Origin: Candidatus Latescibacterota bacterium
GTDB taxonomy: Bacteria; Latescibacterota; UBA2968; UBA8231
Reading direction: 5' to 3'
DNA: 64,000 nt
NCBI GenBank assembly: GCA_965203175.1
Contig: OZ241867.1
Location: forward strand, 576,001-640,000
The translations under genes and the position numbers were made by a program. Position 1 is the stretch's first letter. Every line of letters begins with the position of its first letter. Of the stretch, positions 36,969 to 47,190 are shown in pieces. The notes under the pieces were generated by a model. The model worked only from the letters and a program-made list of their open reading frames with translations, did not search any database and was not told where the DNA came from.

Positions 36969-38015
36969 TCACAGCGCGGGCATCTCCACGCCCAGTTCCG
37001 CCGCCACTTTGCCGATTTCATCCCAAGTGGGTTGGGGCAAATCGATGCCTTCGACCAACAACCGCGCCCGAGTCTTCTGTTCGAGATCGCCGGGCGCATA
37101 GACTTGCTCAAACCCAGGCAAGGGGCGAGCCGAGCACACCCATTTGGCTAGCTCTTCGACCTCGCGCTCGTACGAGTCCAAGTCGATAAAGTCCTCAATA
37201 TTAATCGCCAGGACCATGATCCCATTGCCGCCGTTGCCGCCTTCTTTGGTACAGCCAGCATGCGAGAGCGGTCCCACCAACATTTCCACCATCATTGCCA
37301 AGCCAGAGCCCTTGTGGCCAAACTGCAGGCCGCCCAATGGCAAGACACCGGTGCCCTCAGCGTCGTCCAAATAGCGCTGGGCGTCGGTGACGGGCTGGCC
37401 CTCCTGATCTATAACCCAACCCTCGGGCATCGGCTCCTGGCGAATGTTCTTCTGCACGATTTTGCCGCCAGCCACGACGGTCATGGTCATATCGAGCATG
37501 AAAGGCGAACCATTTTGGCGCGGGGCGGAAAAGGCAATAGGCTCGGGACGCAGGCGGCGGTCGGCCGAGCCAAAGGGTGCGAGGAAGAGACCACCACCAT
37601 TGAGCCAAACCATGCCGATCATGCCCCTTTCGGCGATCCGCGGAGGATAGTCGCCGAGGCGGCAGATATGGGTGATGTGGTTGAGACCAACAAAACCAAA
37701 GGTGGAGTTTTGTGCTTTTTCAACGGCAATGTCGAGGGCGCGATTGACGGCGACAATGCCGTTGGCCCCCTTGCCGTTGATGACCCTGAGCACGGGAGTG
37801 TCGCGCACGACTTCGGTCTCTTCCCAGCGGACGTAATTGTTTTGCATACCGCGGGCATAGCCGGAGACTAGCCAAGTGCCGTGCGAGTCGTGACCGTGCA
37901 GGTGGCTTTCGACGACGTGGTCGGCGACGATAAGGGCGTCGTCTGCGGGAATGCCAGTAGCGGCAAAAATGCGATAGCAGAGGTCTTTGAGGACGTCGTG
38001 TTGGACTACGGGCAT
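36969..38015 (-). CDS. Ldh_2 family oxidoreductase
   Basis: LHGHDSHG, LDM...A.GK, LPLGG...HKGSGL. Confidence 0.88.
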   Translation of the reverse strand: MPVVQHDVLKDLCYRIFAATGIPADDALIVADHVVESHLHGHDSHGTWLVSGYARGMQNNYVRWEETEVVRDTPVLRVINGKGANGIVAVNRALDIAVEKAQNSTFGFVGLNHITHICRLGDYPPRIAERGMIGMVWLNGGGLFLAPFGSADRRLRPEPIAFSAPRQNGSPFMLDMTMTVVAGGKIVQKNIRQEPMPEGWVIDQEGQPVTDAQRYLDDAEGTGVLPLGGLQFGHKGSGLAMMVEMLVGPLSHAGCTKEGGNGGNGIMVLAINIEDFIDLDSYEREVEELAKWVCSARPLPGFEQVYAPGDLEQKTRARLLVEGIDLPQPTWDEIGKVAAELGVEMPAL

Positions 38016-38041
38016 GAGGAGTCCTTTAGATGGGTGCTTTC

Positions 38042-39124
38042 CTAAGAGGCGTGCGCTTCCATCAACTCGGCGAAGTAGCTAAACAGATGGAAGCTGTCGT
38101 GTGGACCTGGCGAGGCCTCCGGGTGGCACTGGATGGAAAAAATGGGCAGTTCGCGGTGATGCAGGCCCTCAACGCAATTGTCGTTGAGGTTGAGGCGAGT
38201 GATTTCGAGGCAGTCGGGCAACGAGTCAGCTGCAATGCCCCAACCGTGGTTTTCAGAGGTGATCAGGATCCGTTCGCTAGCGCGTTCCTTGATCGGCTGG
38301 TTGGCCCCACGATGCCCGAACTTGAGGCGGTAAATTTCTGCACCAAAGGCCAAGCCGAGAATCTCGTGGCCCAAGCAGATGCCGAAGATCGGCTTTTTGC
38401 CTATGAGGCCCTTGCAAGTCTCGATCGCATAGTCGAGCGGCCGAGGATCGCCTGGACCGTTGGAAAGAAAAACGCCGTCCGGTTCCAAGGCCAAGACCTC
38501 GTCGGCCGAGGTTTTGGCCGGCACAACCGTTACCTTACATCCTGCAGCGACCAAGCAGCGGACAATATTGCGCTTGATTCCGTAGTCTAGCGCGACGACG
38601 TGGAAGCGCGGGGCTTCGGGGCTTTCGACATAGGACGCAGAGCAGCTAACAGCGGCAACCATGTCCACACCGACAAGTCCGGGCCAAGCGCGCGCCTTTT
38701 CGACTAAACTGTCCGGGTCGAGGTCGGTGGTGGAAATGGCAGCGTCCATCACGCCCTCAATGCGCACTCTGCGAGTCAACTCGCGGGTATCGATGCCTTC
38801 GATGCCGAGCACGCCGTGCTCTTCGAGATACTCGGGCAGACTCTGGCGCGCACGCCAGCTACTCGGCAAGCGCGAGCACTCTTTCATTAGGAAGCCGCGG
38901 ACTTGAGGCCGCGCCGATTCGTCGTCTTCGGGTGCGACCCCGTAGTTGCCTATGAGTGGATACGTCATGGTGACGATCTGGCCGGCATAGGAAGGGTCTG
39001 TGAGAATTTCCTGATAGCCGGTCATGCTGGTATTGAAGACCATTTCGCCGAGGCACTCACCCCCGCGGCCAAGAGCACGGCCCTCAAAGACGGTGCCGTC
39101 CGCGAGCGCAACGAGCGCTTTCAT
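38042..39124 (-). CDS. carA: Carbamoyl-phosphate synthase small subunit
   Basis: FNTSMTGYQE.LTDPSY, SNGPGDP, GICLGH, HPEASPGP. Confidence 0.97.
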   Translation of the reverse strand: MKALVALADGTVFEGRALGRGGECLGEMVFNTSMTGYQEILTDPSYAGQIVTMTYPLIGNYGVAPEDDESARPQVRGFLMKECSRLPSSWRARQSLPEYLEEHGVLGIEGIDTRELTRRVRIEGVMDAAISTTDLDPDSLVEKARAWPGLVGVDMVAAVSCSASYVESPEAPRFHVVALDYGIKRNIVRCLVAAGCKVTVVPAKTSADEVLALEPDGVFLSNGPGDPRPLDYAIETCKGLIGKKPIFGICLGHEILGLAFGAEIYRLKFGHRGANQPIKERASERILITSENHGWGIAADSLPDCLEITRLNLNDNCVEGLHHRELPIFSIQCHPEASPGPHDSFHLFSYFAELMEAHAS

Positions 39125-39203
39125 CTTCTGTAGATACTCCTTTTGAGAGGGTTTAACAGCGAGTAAAAACTTAGGGAAAAAAAGACGAACTGAACAGGCG
39201 ATC

Positions 39204-40253
39204 TCATTCCGGCGCGGAGTCGGTCAGGTCTTGGCGCTCCTGCCGCGCGCGTTCCTGCATATCGACGGCCGGATCGAATTCGCCGACGATTTCCTGGCCG
39301 ACGATTTCTTCAATCACGTCCTCCAAGGTAACAATGCCGGCGAAGCCACCGTATTCATCGACGACGGCAAAAAGGTGCTCGCGCCGCTGGATGAATTCTT
39401 CGAGCAGGCGGCTAGCCCGCGCCGACTCGGGTACCGAGTGAATGGAGCGACCCACCTCAAAGAGCTTGGCTTGGTCGCGACCATCGGCCAAAGCACTGAA
39501 TGCATCGCGTCGCAGCACTAAGCCAACGATGTTTTCTCGCTCTCCCTGATAGAGGGGCACCCGGCTGTGGTCCCAGCTACCGGACTGTTGGCGGGCCTCG
39601 GCCAAGGTCAAGTCGCGGTCGAGGCAGTGGACTACCGTGCGTGGAGTCATAATATCGCGCGCCCGCAACTCGTCGAGCTTGAGAATGTTTTGGATGACGC
39701 GCTCTTGGTCGTGAGAAATGGCACCGGACCGGCGGCTCATCCGTGCGATAATCTCAATCTCTTCCGGTACTACCTCCGGCACGTCGGGTGCCCCAGCGGT
39801 GATGAGCCGAACGATGAATTTGTTAAGCCAGATAAAGGGCGCAAACAGCCATACCAGCCATTGGATCGGGCGAGCTATAAATCGAGCGAGAACGCGGGCA
39901 TGCACCACCCCCACCGTCTTGGGAAGAATCTCTGTAAAAATGAGTACCGCCAGCGAGAAGGCGATGATAAAGTACGTCTCCCAAGTCCGCGGAAATACTC
40001 CGACAAAGGCGGCACCGGCGATGGCAGCACCGCCAGTATGGGCCAAGGTATTCAGCGTGAGGATGGCTGAGATGGGGCGCTGGATATCCGCGTGCAAGCT
40101 CTTGAGGATCTTACCCGAAGTGCGCCCTTGGTCGGCCAGCATTTCGATCTGACTGGCAGGCAGCGAGTAGAGCGCAGCTTCCAAGAGCGAACAAACACAG
40201 GATACAACGAGGACGACGCTGACGGATAGGATTAGCTCGAATTCAGGAGTCAT
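39204..40253 (-). CDS. CNNM/DUF21-CBS domain membrane protein (CorC/TlyC-like)
   Basis: SLLEAAL, EILPK, IMTPR, HSRVP, VVDEYGG..GIVTLEDVIEEIVG. Confidence 0.92.
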   Translation of the reverse strand: MTPEFELILSVSVVLVVSCVCSLLEAALYSLPASQIEMLADQGRTSGKILKSLHADIQRPISAILTLNTLAHTGGAAIAGAAFVGVFPRTWETYFIIAFSLAVLIFTEILPKTVGVVHARVLARFIARPIQWLVWLFAPFIWLNKFIVRLITAGAPDVPEVVPEEIEIIARMSRRSGAISHDQERVIQNILKLDELRARDIMTPRTVVHCLDRDLTLAEARQQSGSWDHSRVPLYQGERENIVGLVLRRDAFSALADGRDQAKLFEVGRSIHSVPESARASRLLEEFIQRREHLFAVVDEYGGFAGIVTLEDVIEEIVGQEIVGEFDPAVDMQERARQERQDLTDSAPE

Positions 40254-40270
40254 AGACGCGAGGGTGGTTT

Positions 40271-40306
40271 AAAAAAGAGAGGGACTCCCCACCGGGAATC
40301 CCTCTC
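40271..40306 (-). terminator. Rho-independent terminator of the SWIB gene
   Basis: GAGAGGGA..CCC/GGG..TCCCTCTC stem with A6 on the plus strand (U-tract on minus). Confidence 0.8.
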
Positions 40307-40341
40307 CAATGTACTGGACTATAACGTCTTGCTAGGAGTAG

Positions 40342-40860
40342 TTATTCTACGTGCTTATTAACCTGTTGGGTCATCTTAAACATATCTATTTTCTTCGCGC
40401 CTAAGACGGCCCGCAGCTTGTCGTCGGCATTGATCATGCGCTTGTTTTTCTTGTCTTGCAGGCCATTCTTCTTGATATACGCCCAGATTTTCTTGGTGAT
40501 CTGAGTACGCGGCAATGGCTTGTTACCGACTATAGCCCCCAAGGCGGCGTCGGGCTGCAAGGGCCTCATAAAGGCCGGATTAGGCTTGCGTTTCGCCTTC
40601 TTTTTAGTGGCGGGCTTCTTCTTAGCAGCCTTCTTAGCGGCGGCTTTCTTCTTAGGAGCAGCCTTCTTAGCGGCGGCTTTCTTCTTAGGAGCAGCCTTCT
40701 TAGCGGCGGCTTTCTTCTTAGGAGCAGCCTTCTTAGCGGCGGCTTTCTTCTTAGGAGCAGCCTTCTTAGCGGCGGCTTTCTTCTTAGGAGCAGCCTTCTT
40801 AGCAGCGGCTTTCTTCTTAGGAGCAGCCTTTTTCTTGGCAGCAGCCTTCTTCTTAGCCAT
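40342..40860 (-). CDS. SWIB/MDM2-domain protein with histone H1-like Lys/Ala/Pro N-terminus
   Basis: (PKKKAAAKKAA)6 then NPAFMRPL...PRTQITKKIWAYIKKNGLQD.KNKR.INAD.KL...MFKM. Confidence 0.92.
   Translation of the reverse strand: MAKKKAAAKKKAAPKKKAAAKKAAPKKKAAAKKAAPKKKAAAKKAAPKKKAAAKKAAPKKKAAAKKAAPKKKAAAKKAAKKKPATKKKAKRKPNPAFMRPLQPDAALGAIVGNKPLPRTQITKKIWAYIKKNGLQDKKNKRMINADDKLRAVLGAKKIDMFKMTQQVNKHVE
40625..40822. repeat. 33-bp tandem repeat, 6 units (5 identical)
   Basis: GCAGCCTTCTTAGCGGCGGCTTTCTTCTTAGGA. Confidence 0.95.
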
Positions 40861-41004
40861 GCGAAATCCTCCCTTGGTTAAGTAGGAGATAAAACCCGCG
40901 AAAGGGGTCTGAGAATTTGAGAATTCGGTTTCTCGGCCTCTCCCGCCTCGTGAAATTTAAGGCCGATTCTACCCGTTTTGTGAAGCTTTAATACTATCAG
41001 TACC

Positions 41005-41032
41005 AATATAGTACGAGGGCAGCATAAGTCAA
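41005..41032 (-). promoter_or_regulatory. Putative sigma70 promoter for the SWIB gene
   Basis: Minus strand TTGACT-N16-TATATT in an AT-rich divergent intergenic region. Confidence 0.5.
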
Positions 41033-41152
41033 GCAAAAATGTAGCTTTTTCATAGTAGAAAACGCTCTCACTATGGGCGTTTGACATAATTTATTAAAAC
41101 GGCCATTTTAATTTTGCGTTTGAGATTTGTCGTATTTTCGCGAGTCTAAAAA

Positions 41153-41962
41153 TTGATGATAAAAAAAAGCAATTTGGGATTTGTGGGTACCGGTAACATG
41201 GGACGGGCGCTGATTGAAGGTTTGGTTGGCCAGCTTCCTTCAAGTCAGATAACAGCGGCCGACATCAGGCCGGAAGCTCTCGAAGGCTTGTCGGCGTTGG
41301 GCGTCCACACTAGTACCGACTCGGCAGATGCGGTCCGCGGTCAGGACTTGGTCGTGTTGGTGCTCAAGCCACAAGTGGCCGCTCCAGTATTGAAGGCGCT
41401 GGCCGCGCATTTCAGCACCCAGCAGATCGTCGTCTCGCTCATGGCTGGCGTATCGACTGCCCAGCTCGAAGAGCTACTGCCTGCGCAAATGCCCGTGGTG
41501 CGCGTCATGCCGCAAACGCTAGTGAGGATTAGGGGTGCGGCTTGCGCCCTCTGCGCTGGTCGCGCTGCCAGCGCAGAGCAGGTGGCGCAAGTGCGGTCTC
41601 TCTTCGACTTGGTTGGCACGACAGTCGAGGTCGCCGAAAGTCTCATGGACGCCGTTACGGGGCTTTCCGGCAGCGGCCCGGCTTGGGCTTACACTGTCGT
41701 CGAGGCGCTCACTGACGGCGGCGTGCGCGCTGGCCTGCCGCGCGAAACCGCATTAACACTGGCCGCCCAAACCCTGCTCGGTGCCGCGCGCCTCGTGCTC
41801 GAAAGCGGCGAGCATCCGGCCGTGCTTAGGGACCAAGTCACCTCGCCAGGCGGGACTACGGTCGCCGGATTGCACAAGCTAGAAGAGAAGGGCCTGCGCG
41901 ACGCCCTGATTAGCGCCGTGCTAGCCGCGACTGAGCGCTCCGCCGAGTTGGGGCAATCGTGA
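41153..41962 (+). CDS. proC: Pyrroline-5-carboxylate reductase
   Basis: GFVGTGNMG, RVMP, TGLSGSGPA, VTSPGGTT. Confidence 0.95.
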   Translation: MMIKKSNLGFVGTGNMGRALIEGLVGQLPSSQITAADIRPEALEGLSALGVHTSTDSADAVRGQDLVVLVLKPQVAAPVLKALAAHFSTQQIVVSLMAGVSTAQLEELLPAQMPVVRVMPQTLVRIRGAACALCAGRAASAEQVAQVRSLFDLVGTTVEVAESLMDAVTGLSGSGPAWAYTVVEALTDGGVRAGLPRETALTLAAQTLLGAARLVLESGEHPAVLRDQVTSPGGTTVAGLHKLEEKGLRDALISAVLAATERSAELGQS

Positions 41963-42561
41963 TTGCAGTCATCGACTACGGCATGGGCAATCTGCGCAGC
42001 GTGCAAAAAGCCTTCGAGTTCCTTGGCTATGAAGCCGAGATCGTCGAAGACCCCGAGCGCCTAAGTGCAGCCACACATCTCGTATTGCCCGGCGACGCGG
42101 CCTTTGGCGATGCCATGCACAACTTGCAGGTCGCCGGTTGGGACACAGCCATCGCCGAGGGGCTCGCGGCCGCCAAGCCCTTCTTGGGCATCTGCGTGGG
42201 GCTACAACTCATGTTCGAGGAAAGTGAAGAAATGGGGACGCATCGCGGCCTCGGAATCCTGCCGGGCAAATGCGTGCGTTTCCCTCCTACCGAGCGAGTG
42301 CCGCAGATCGGCTGGAACCAAATCGCCATCAAGCGCAAAGTGTCGCTTTTAGAGGGCGTACCCGAAGGAAGTTTTTTTTATTTTGTACATTCGTACTATG
42401 TAGTAAACGAAAACAAAGACGACTGCGTCGCCACGACCGACTACGGGATTGACTACACTTCAGTCGCCGGGAACGACCGCGTCTTTGGCGTACAATTCCA
42501 TCCCGAAAAGAGCCAAGTTCACGGCTTGCGCCTTCTCGACAACTTCGCGCGCCTAGGCTGA
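41959..42561 (+). CDS. hisH: Imidazole glycerol phosphate synthase, glutaminase subunit
   Basis: DYGMGNL.SV, GICVG.Q, YFVHSY, QFHPEKS. Confidence 0.96.
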   Translation: MIAVIDYGMGNLRSVQKAFEFLGYEAEIVEDPERLSAATHLVLPGDAAFGDAMHNLQVAGWDTAIAEGLAAAKPFLGICVGLQLMFEESEEMGTHRGLGILPGKCVRFPPTERVPQIGWNQIAIKRKVSLLEGVPEGSFFYFVHSYYVVNENKDDCVATTDYGIDYTSVAGNDRVFGVQFHPEKSQVHGLRLLDNFARLG

Positions 42562-42568
42562 AGAGATT

Positions 42569-43342
42569 ATGCTCGCCAAGCGAATCATTCCCTGTCTAGA
42601 TGTCAAAAATGGCCGCAACGTACGCGGGGTGCGCTTTTCGGCTGACCGCGACGCCGGCGATCCTGTTGAGCTAGCCGCGCGCTACGACGCCGAAGGCGCA
42701 GACGAGCTTGTCTTCTACGACATCACTGCTTCAGCCGATGGCCGCGCCATCGTCATGGACCTCGTGCGCCAAGTCTCCGAGCGAGTATTCATTCCGCTAA
42801 TGGTCGGCGGCGGTATTCGCACCTTCGCGGACGTACGCCACATTCTCAAAACTGGTGCCGACAAGGTCTCGATCAATTCGGCCCATGTGTATTCGCCGGA
42901 AATCATCAACCAAAGCGCGGAGAGTTTCGGCTCGCAGTGCATTGTTGCGGCTATCGACGCGCTCAGGCGTCCAACCGTACCCGACGAGCCGCCATCGTGG
43001 GAGCTGTACATCAACGGCGGGCGCAAGGCCACTGGCATCGACGCTTTAGAGTGGGTGGAGGCCCTCGTCGATCGCGGAGCGGGCGAGTTGGTGCTCAACA
43101 GCATCGACGCCGACGGGACGCGCGCTGGGTACGACCTCGCGCTAAACCAAGCAGTGGCGCGCCGCGTGGATGTACCCATTGTCGCCTCGGGCGGTGCCGG
43201 CAACCTCGACCACATCCACGAGGTGTTGACCACGGGCGAGGCTAGTGCCGCGTTGGCGGCCTCCATCTTTCACTTCCAGCATTACTCGATTCCCGAAGTC
43301 AAAAGTTTTCTGCGCGAGCGCGGGGTAATGGTGCGCCAGTGA
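42569..43342 (+). CDS. hisF: Imidazole glycerol phosphate synthase, cyclase subunit
   Basis: MLAKRIIPCLDV, GADELVFYDITAS, SIDADGT, ASGGAG. Confidence 0.97.
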   Translation: MLAKRIIPCLDVKNGRNVRGVRFSADRDAGDPVELAARYDAEGADELVFYDITASADGRAIVMDLVRQVSERVFIPLMVGGGIRTFADVRHILKTGADKVSINSAHVYSPEIINQSAESFGSQCIVAAIDALRRPTVPDEPPSWELYINGGRKATGIDALEWVEALVDRGAGELVLNSIDADGTRAGYDLALNQAVARRVDVPIVASGGAGNLDHIHEVLTTGEASAALAASIFHFQHYSIPEVKSFLRERGVMVRQ

Positions 43343-44484
43343 CCGAAGCAAGCGAAGTGTCGCGGCAGGCCCTGATGAGCCAGGTGCAGCGGCTGGTAGT
43401 CAAGATCGGCAGCAGCGCCCTGACCACGCAGAGCCACAAGCTCGACGATGGGGTCGTCACCCAGCTCGTCGAAGATGTAGTCGAACTGCGCTCACAGGGA
43501 TTGGAAGTGGCGATCGTCACCTCGGGAGCGGTGGCCGCGGGCATGGGGCAGATGGAGTTGGACAAACGCCCAGACAACATCGCCCAACTACAAGCCCTCG
43601 CGGCCATCGGCCAAGTCCTGTTGATGGATATCTACAAGGACAAGTTCCGCCGCCAAGGCGTGCCCATCGGCCAAGTGCTCTTAACTGCCGAGGACATCCT
43701 CGGCGACCGCTATCGCTACGTAAACCTCGAAAACACCTTTCGCAATCTCTTTGCCTATGGGGCCATACCCCTAATCAACGAAAACGACAGCGTCGCCGTT
43801 GCTGAGCTCCGGCGCCAGATCGGGGAAAACGACATGCTCGCCGCTTATGTAACGAACCTGATCCGGGCGGATATGCTGGTCATTTTCTCGGATGTCGAGG
43901 GGCTTTACGACTCCTTTGGCCCGCGTGGCCCCGAAGGCAAGCTAGTGACCCAAGTGACCCAAGACATCCTCGACCCAGAGGAAATGATTGGCCGCTCGCT
44001 TGATGGGCGCGGCAGTGGCGGCATGGCGACCAAACTGCGGGCCGCTCGGCTCTTGATGGCCTGCGGCGAAATGGCGGTCATCGCGCACGGGCGCAAACAC
44101 CAATTGCGCCACATCCTCGCTGGCCGCGAGCAGGGGACGCTCTTTATGCCGACTGGTCGCAAGCTCAATAGCCGACATCGCTGGATCGGCTTTGCCAGCC
44201 AGTGTCGCGGCAGCGCAGTGATTGACCGCGGTGCCCAACGCGCCATCGCCGAACAGGACAAAAGCCTGCTCCCGGTGGGGGTCGTCTCCTGCGAGGGCGA
44301 GTTTGCCGCTGGCGACGTAGTGCAGGTGATCGGCGAGCGCGGTGAGAAGCTGGGGCGGGGCTTGTGCCGTTACTCCTCCTCTGAACTGCGCCGCATATTG
44401 GGTATGAGCTCGCCCGAAGTTACAAGCGCACTAGGCCGCCCCGCCCAAGAGGTCATCCATCGCGACGACCTCGTCTTATTCTAA
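43339..44484 (+). CDS. proB: Glutamate 5-kinase
   Basis: VVKIGSS, TSGAVAAG, INENDSV, GGMATKL, PUA domain. Confidence 0.95.
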   Translation: MTEASEVSRQALMSQVQRLVVKIGSSALTTQSHKLDDGVVTQLVEDVVELRSQGLEVAIVTSGAVAAGMGQMELDKRPDNIAQLQALAAIGQVLLMDIYKDKFRRQGVPIGQVLLTAEDILGDRYRYVNLENTFRNLFAYGAIPLINENDSVAVAELRRQIGENDMLAAYVTNLIRADMLVIFSDVEGLYDSFGPRGPEGKLVTQVTQDILDPEEMIGRSLDGRGSGGMATKLRAARLLMACGEMAVIAHGRKHQLRHILAGREQGTLFMPTGRKLNSRHRWIGFASQCRGSAVIDRGAQRAIAEQDKSLLPVGVVSCEGEFAAGDVVQVIGERGEKLGRGLCRYSSSELRRILGMSSPEVTSALGRPAQEVIHRDDLVLF

Positions 44485-44491
44485 AATCGAC

Positions 44492-44773
44492 GTGACTAAA
44501 ACGGCTAAGATCTTGCTGATCGCCTTCCTCGCTCTGGTGGCGTACATAGCCTTTGGCAACGGGCTGTTCTACAAGGTGTGGGAGGAAGAAAAGACCCTAA
44601 TGGAACTCAAAGCGCAGGTGCAACAACTAGAAGCCGAAACCGATAGCTTGCGCCGAGTGCTAAAACTGCTCGAAAGCGACATAGATTTTATCGAAAAAGT
44701 CGCGCGCGAAGATCTCGGCTTGGTCAAACCGGGCGAGGTAGTCATCCCCCTGCCTGCGGAAGAAGGCGAGTGA
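44492..44773 (+). CDS. ftsB: Septum formation initiator (FtsB/DivIC)
   Basis: TM helix, coiled coil, EKVAREDLGLVKPGE. Confidence 0.85.
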   Translation: MTKTAKILLIAFLALVAYIAFGNGLFYKVWEEEKTLMELKAQVQQLEAETDSLRRVLKLLESDIDFIEKVAREDLGLVKPGEVVIPLPAEEGE

Positions 44774-44777
44774 CGCC

Positions 44778-45557
44778 GTGCCGCGCACTATCGTCAAAAC
44801 GCGCGCCATCGTACTGCGCACCATGCGCATGGGCGAGACCAGCAGCCTAGTGACGTTATACGCTCAGGAGTGCGGCAAACTCAAGGCCATGGCTCGGGGT
44901 GCCCGCAAACCCAAGAGCCGGTTCGGTGCCGCGCTCGGCCTGATGACCGAGGTCCAAGCCATCTGCTACGTCAAAGAAACCCGCGATCTGCAAACCCTGA
45001 GCGAATGCACTCTGCTCAAACCAGCACCCGACTTATCGCAAAGCCTAGAGCGACTTTCCTTTGGCAGCGCCGCCTGCGAACTAGTCGACCGCCTGACGAT
45101 CGAGGGGGAAAACAATCCCCGACTCTACCAGTGTCTATCTGGGATATTGCACGGCCTTGCCGAGGTAGAGCCAGAACAGGTCGAATCGCTGTTCTGGTAC
45201 TTCCAACTGCGCGCCGTCGCAGCCCTCGGCTACCGTCCAGAGTTGCGCCAGTGCATTACCTGCCAACGCGAACTAGTCGGCTCCTCGTCGTGGTTCAGCG
45301 CAGCCCTAGGGGGCGGCCTGTGCTCCGCCTGCGGCCCTGGGAATGGAGTGCGCTTAGCCCAGCACAGCTTGCACTTTCTCGCCGTCCTCCAGGGGCTTAG
45401 AACCTACAGCAAGGATGCTCTCCCCCAAGCCCCTGCTCAGCGCGGCGAGATCCGCATGGCTTTGCGCAGTTTTTTAGAGTACCACGGGGGCGAGCACAGC
45501 CGACTTAAATCGCTCGACTTTCTCGATGGCCTCAACAGGGCCGCCTTACCCGCCTAA
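44778..45557 (+). CDS. recO: DNA repair protein RecO
   Basis: AIVLR...GETS, ARGARKPKSRF, LGYRPEL..C..C zinc finger. Confidence 0.92.
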   Translation: MPRTIVKTRAIVLRTMRMGETSSLVTLYAQECGKLKAMARGARKPKSRFGAALGLMTEVQAICYVKETRDLQTLSECTLLKPAPDLSQSLERLSFGSAACELVDRLTIEGENNPRLYQCLSGILHGLAEVEPEQVESLFWYFQLRAVAALGYRPELRQCITCQRELVGSSSWFSAALGGGLCSACGPGNGVRLAQHSLHFLAVLQGLRTYSKDALPQAPAQRGEIRMALRSFLEYHGGEHSRLKSLDFLDGLNRAALPA

Positions 45558-45573
45558 CTTACTGGAGATTTTC

Positions 45574-46947
45574 ATGTCCGACGATGCAATGGAAAAACTA
45601 GTATCCCTGTGTAAACGCAAAGGCTTCATCTTCCAAAGCTCGGAAATCTACGGCGGCCTCAATGGCTGCTGGGATTACGGCCCTTTGGGCGTCGAGCTGT
45701 TGCGCAACATCAAAGAGGTCTGGTGGAAGGCCATGACCTACCGCGAGGACGTGGAGGGCATCGACGCCAGCATCCTCATGAATCAGCGGGTGTGGGAGGC
45801 ATCGGGCCACGTCGATAGCTTTACCGACCCCATGGTCGAAGATCGCAAGACCAACGAGCGCTTTCGGCTCGACCAACTCCTCGAAGAAAACGGCATCGAC
45901 GTAGCGGGCCTGAGCGCCGAGGAGATGGGCACACTGCTGCGCGAGCGCAACATTAAAAGCCCCAAAGGCAACGAATTGAGCGACCCCCGGCAATTCAACC
46001 TGATGTTCAAGACCTTCGTCGGCCCGCTCGAAGACGACAGTGCGCGCGTCTTTCTCCGCCCGGAGACGGCCCAAGGCATTTTCGTCAACTACCTCAACGT
46101 GCAGGCGGCGACGCGCCAAAAGCTGCCTTTCGGTATCGCCCAGATCGGCAAGGCATTCCGCAACGAGATCAACACCAAGAACTTCCTCTTTCGCACTCGC
46201 GAATTCGAGCAGATGGAGATGCAGTACTTCGTCGCGCCCGGCACCCAAGACGAGTGGTTTGACTATTGGCGCGAGGAGCGCTGGAAGTGGTTCGCGCAAA
46301 TCGGTCTGCCCGACCGCAAGCTGAGCTGGCACGAACACCAAGGCGACGAACTAGCCCACTATGCCCGCGCCGCCTTCGACATCCAGTACGAGTTCCCCTT
46401 TGGCCCGGGCGAAATCGAGGGCATCCACAATCGCAGCGACTACGACTTGTCGCAGCACGAAGCATTTTCGGGCAAACAGCTCAAGTACTTCGACGAGGAG
46501 CAGCGCACAAAGTTCGTGCCCTACGTAGTAGAGACCTCAATAGGAGCCAGCCGCACGCTAATGGCCTGCTTAGTCGAAGCATATCACGAGGAAGAGGTCA
46601 AGGGCGAGACGCGGGTAGTAATGCGCTTTCACCCGCGCATCGCGCCGATCAAAGCGGCGGTATTGCCCCTCGTCAAACGCGACGGCATGCCCGCTATCGC
46701 CCGGCAAATCACCGAGGACCTCCGGCCTTACATGCGGGTTTTCTACGACGAGGGCGGCGCGATCGGCCGCCGCTACCGGCGCATGGACGAGGTGGGGACG
46801 CCGTTTTGCCTAACGGTTGATTCGGACACCTTAGAGGACCAGACTGTCACCGTGCGCGCTCGCGACACCATGGCCCAAGAGCGGGTGCCCATAGCTGAGT
46901 TGCGCACCCACCTTGAGAGTAGCATGGACGCTTGGCAAATCCCTTGA
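45574..46947 (+). CDS. glyQS: Glycine--tRNA ligase (alpha2 type)
   Basis: SSEIYGG, DYGPLG, FNLMFKT, LRPETAQGIF, GKAFRNEI, FRTREFEQME, IGRRYRR.DE.GTP. Confidence 0.96.
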   Translation: MSDDAMEKLVSLCKRKGFIFQSSEIYGGLNGCWDYGPLGVELLRNIKEVWWKAMTYREDVEGIDASILMNQRVWEASGHVDSFTDPMVEDRKTNERFRLDQLLEENGIDVAGLSAEEMGTLLRERNIKSPKGNELSDPRQFNLMFKTFVGPLEDDSARVFLRPETAQGIFVNYLNVQAATRQKLPFGIAQIGKAFRNEINTKNFLFRTREFEQMEMQYFVAPGTQDEWFDYWREERWKWFAQIGLPDRKLSWHEHQGDELAHYARAAFDIQYEFPFGPGEIEGIHNRSDYDLSQHEAFSGKQLKYFDEEQRTKFVPYVVETSIGASRTLMACLVEAYHEEEVKGETRVVMRFHPRIAPIKAAVLPLVKRDGMPAIARQITEDLRPYMRVFYDEGGAIGRRYRRMDEVGTPFCLTVDSDTLEDQTVTVRARDTMAQERVPIAELRTHLESSMDAWQIP

Positions 46948-47040
46948 CCCGGTAGTATAAATCCTGATATTATCCTTCGCGCTTGGGATATAATTCTCCC
47001 TAGTTGCAAATTTTCGCATTGCGACGCTGTATCCGGTATA

Positions 47041-47127
47041 GCGAAAGTGGCGGAACTGGTAGACGCGCTAGATTTAGGATCTAGTGCCCGAAAGGGCATG
47101 GGGGTTCGAGTCCCCCCTTTCGCACCA
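47041..47127 (+). tRNA. tRNA-Leu (anticodon TAG)
   Basis: GCGAAAG/CTTTCGC acceptor stem, CTAGA-TTTAGGA-TCTAG anticodon arm, long variable arm, GGTTCGAGTCC, encoded CCA. Confidence 0.96.
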
Positions 47128-47190
47128 TAAATAGACGAGCGCACTGCCTGCAATTTGGTAGTGCGTCATAGCCTTGTAGGATTGCGTTTC

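Noticed and set aside
47041-47190. tRNA-Leu as an island integration site
   Set aside because: Standard tRNA-Leu-tig-clpP-clpX synteny, with no integrase or duplicated 3' end seen
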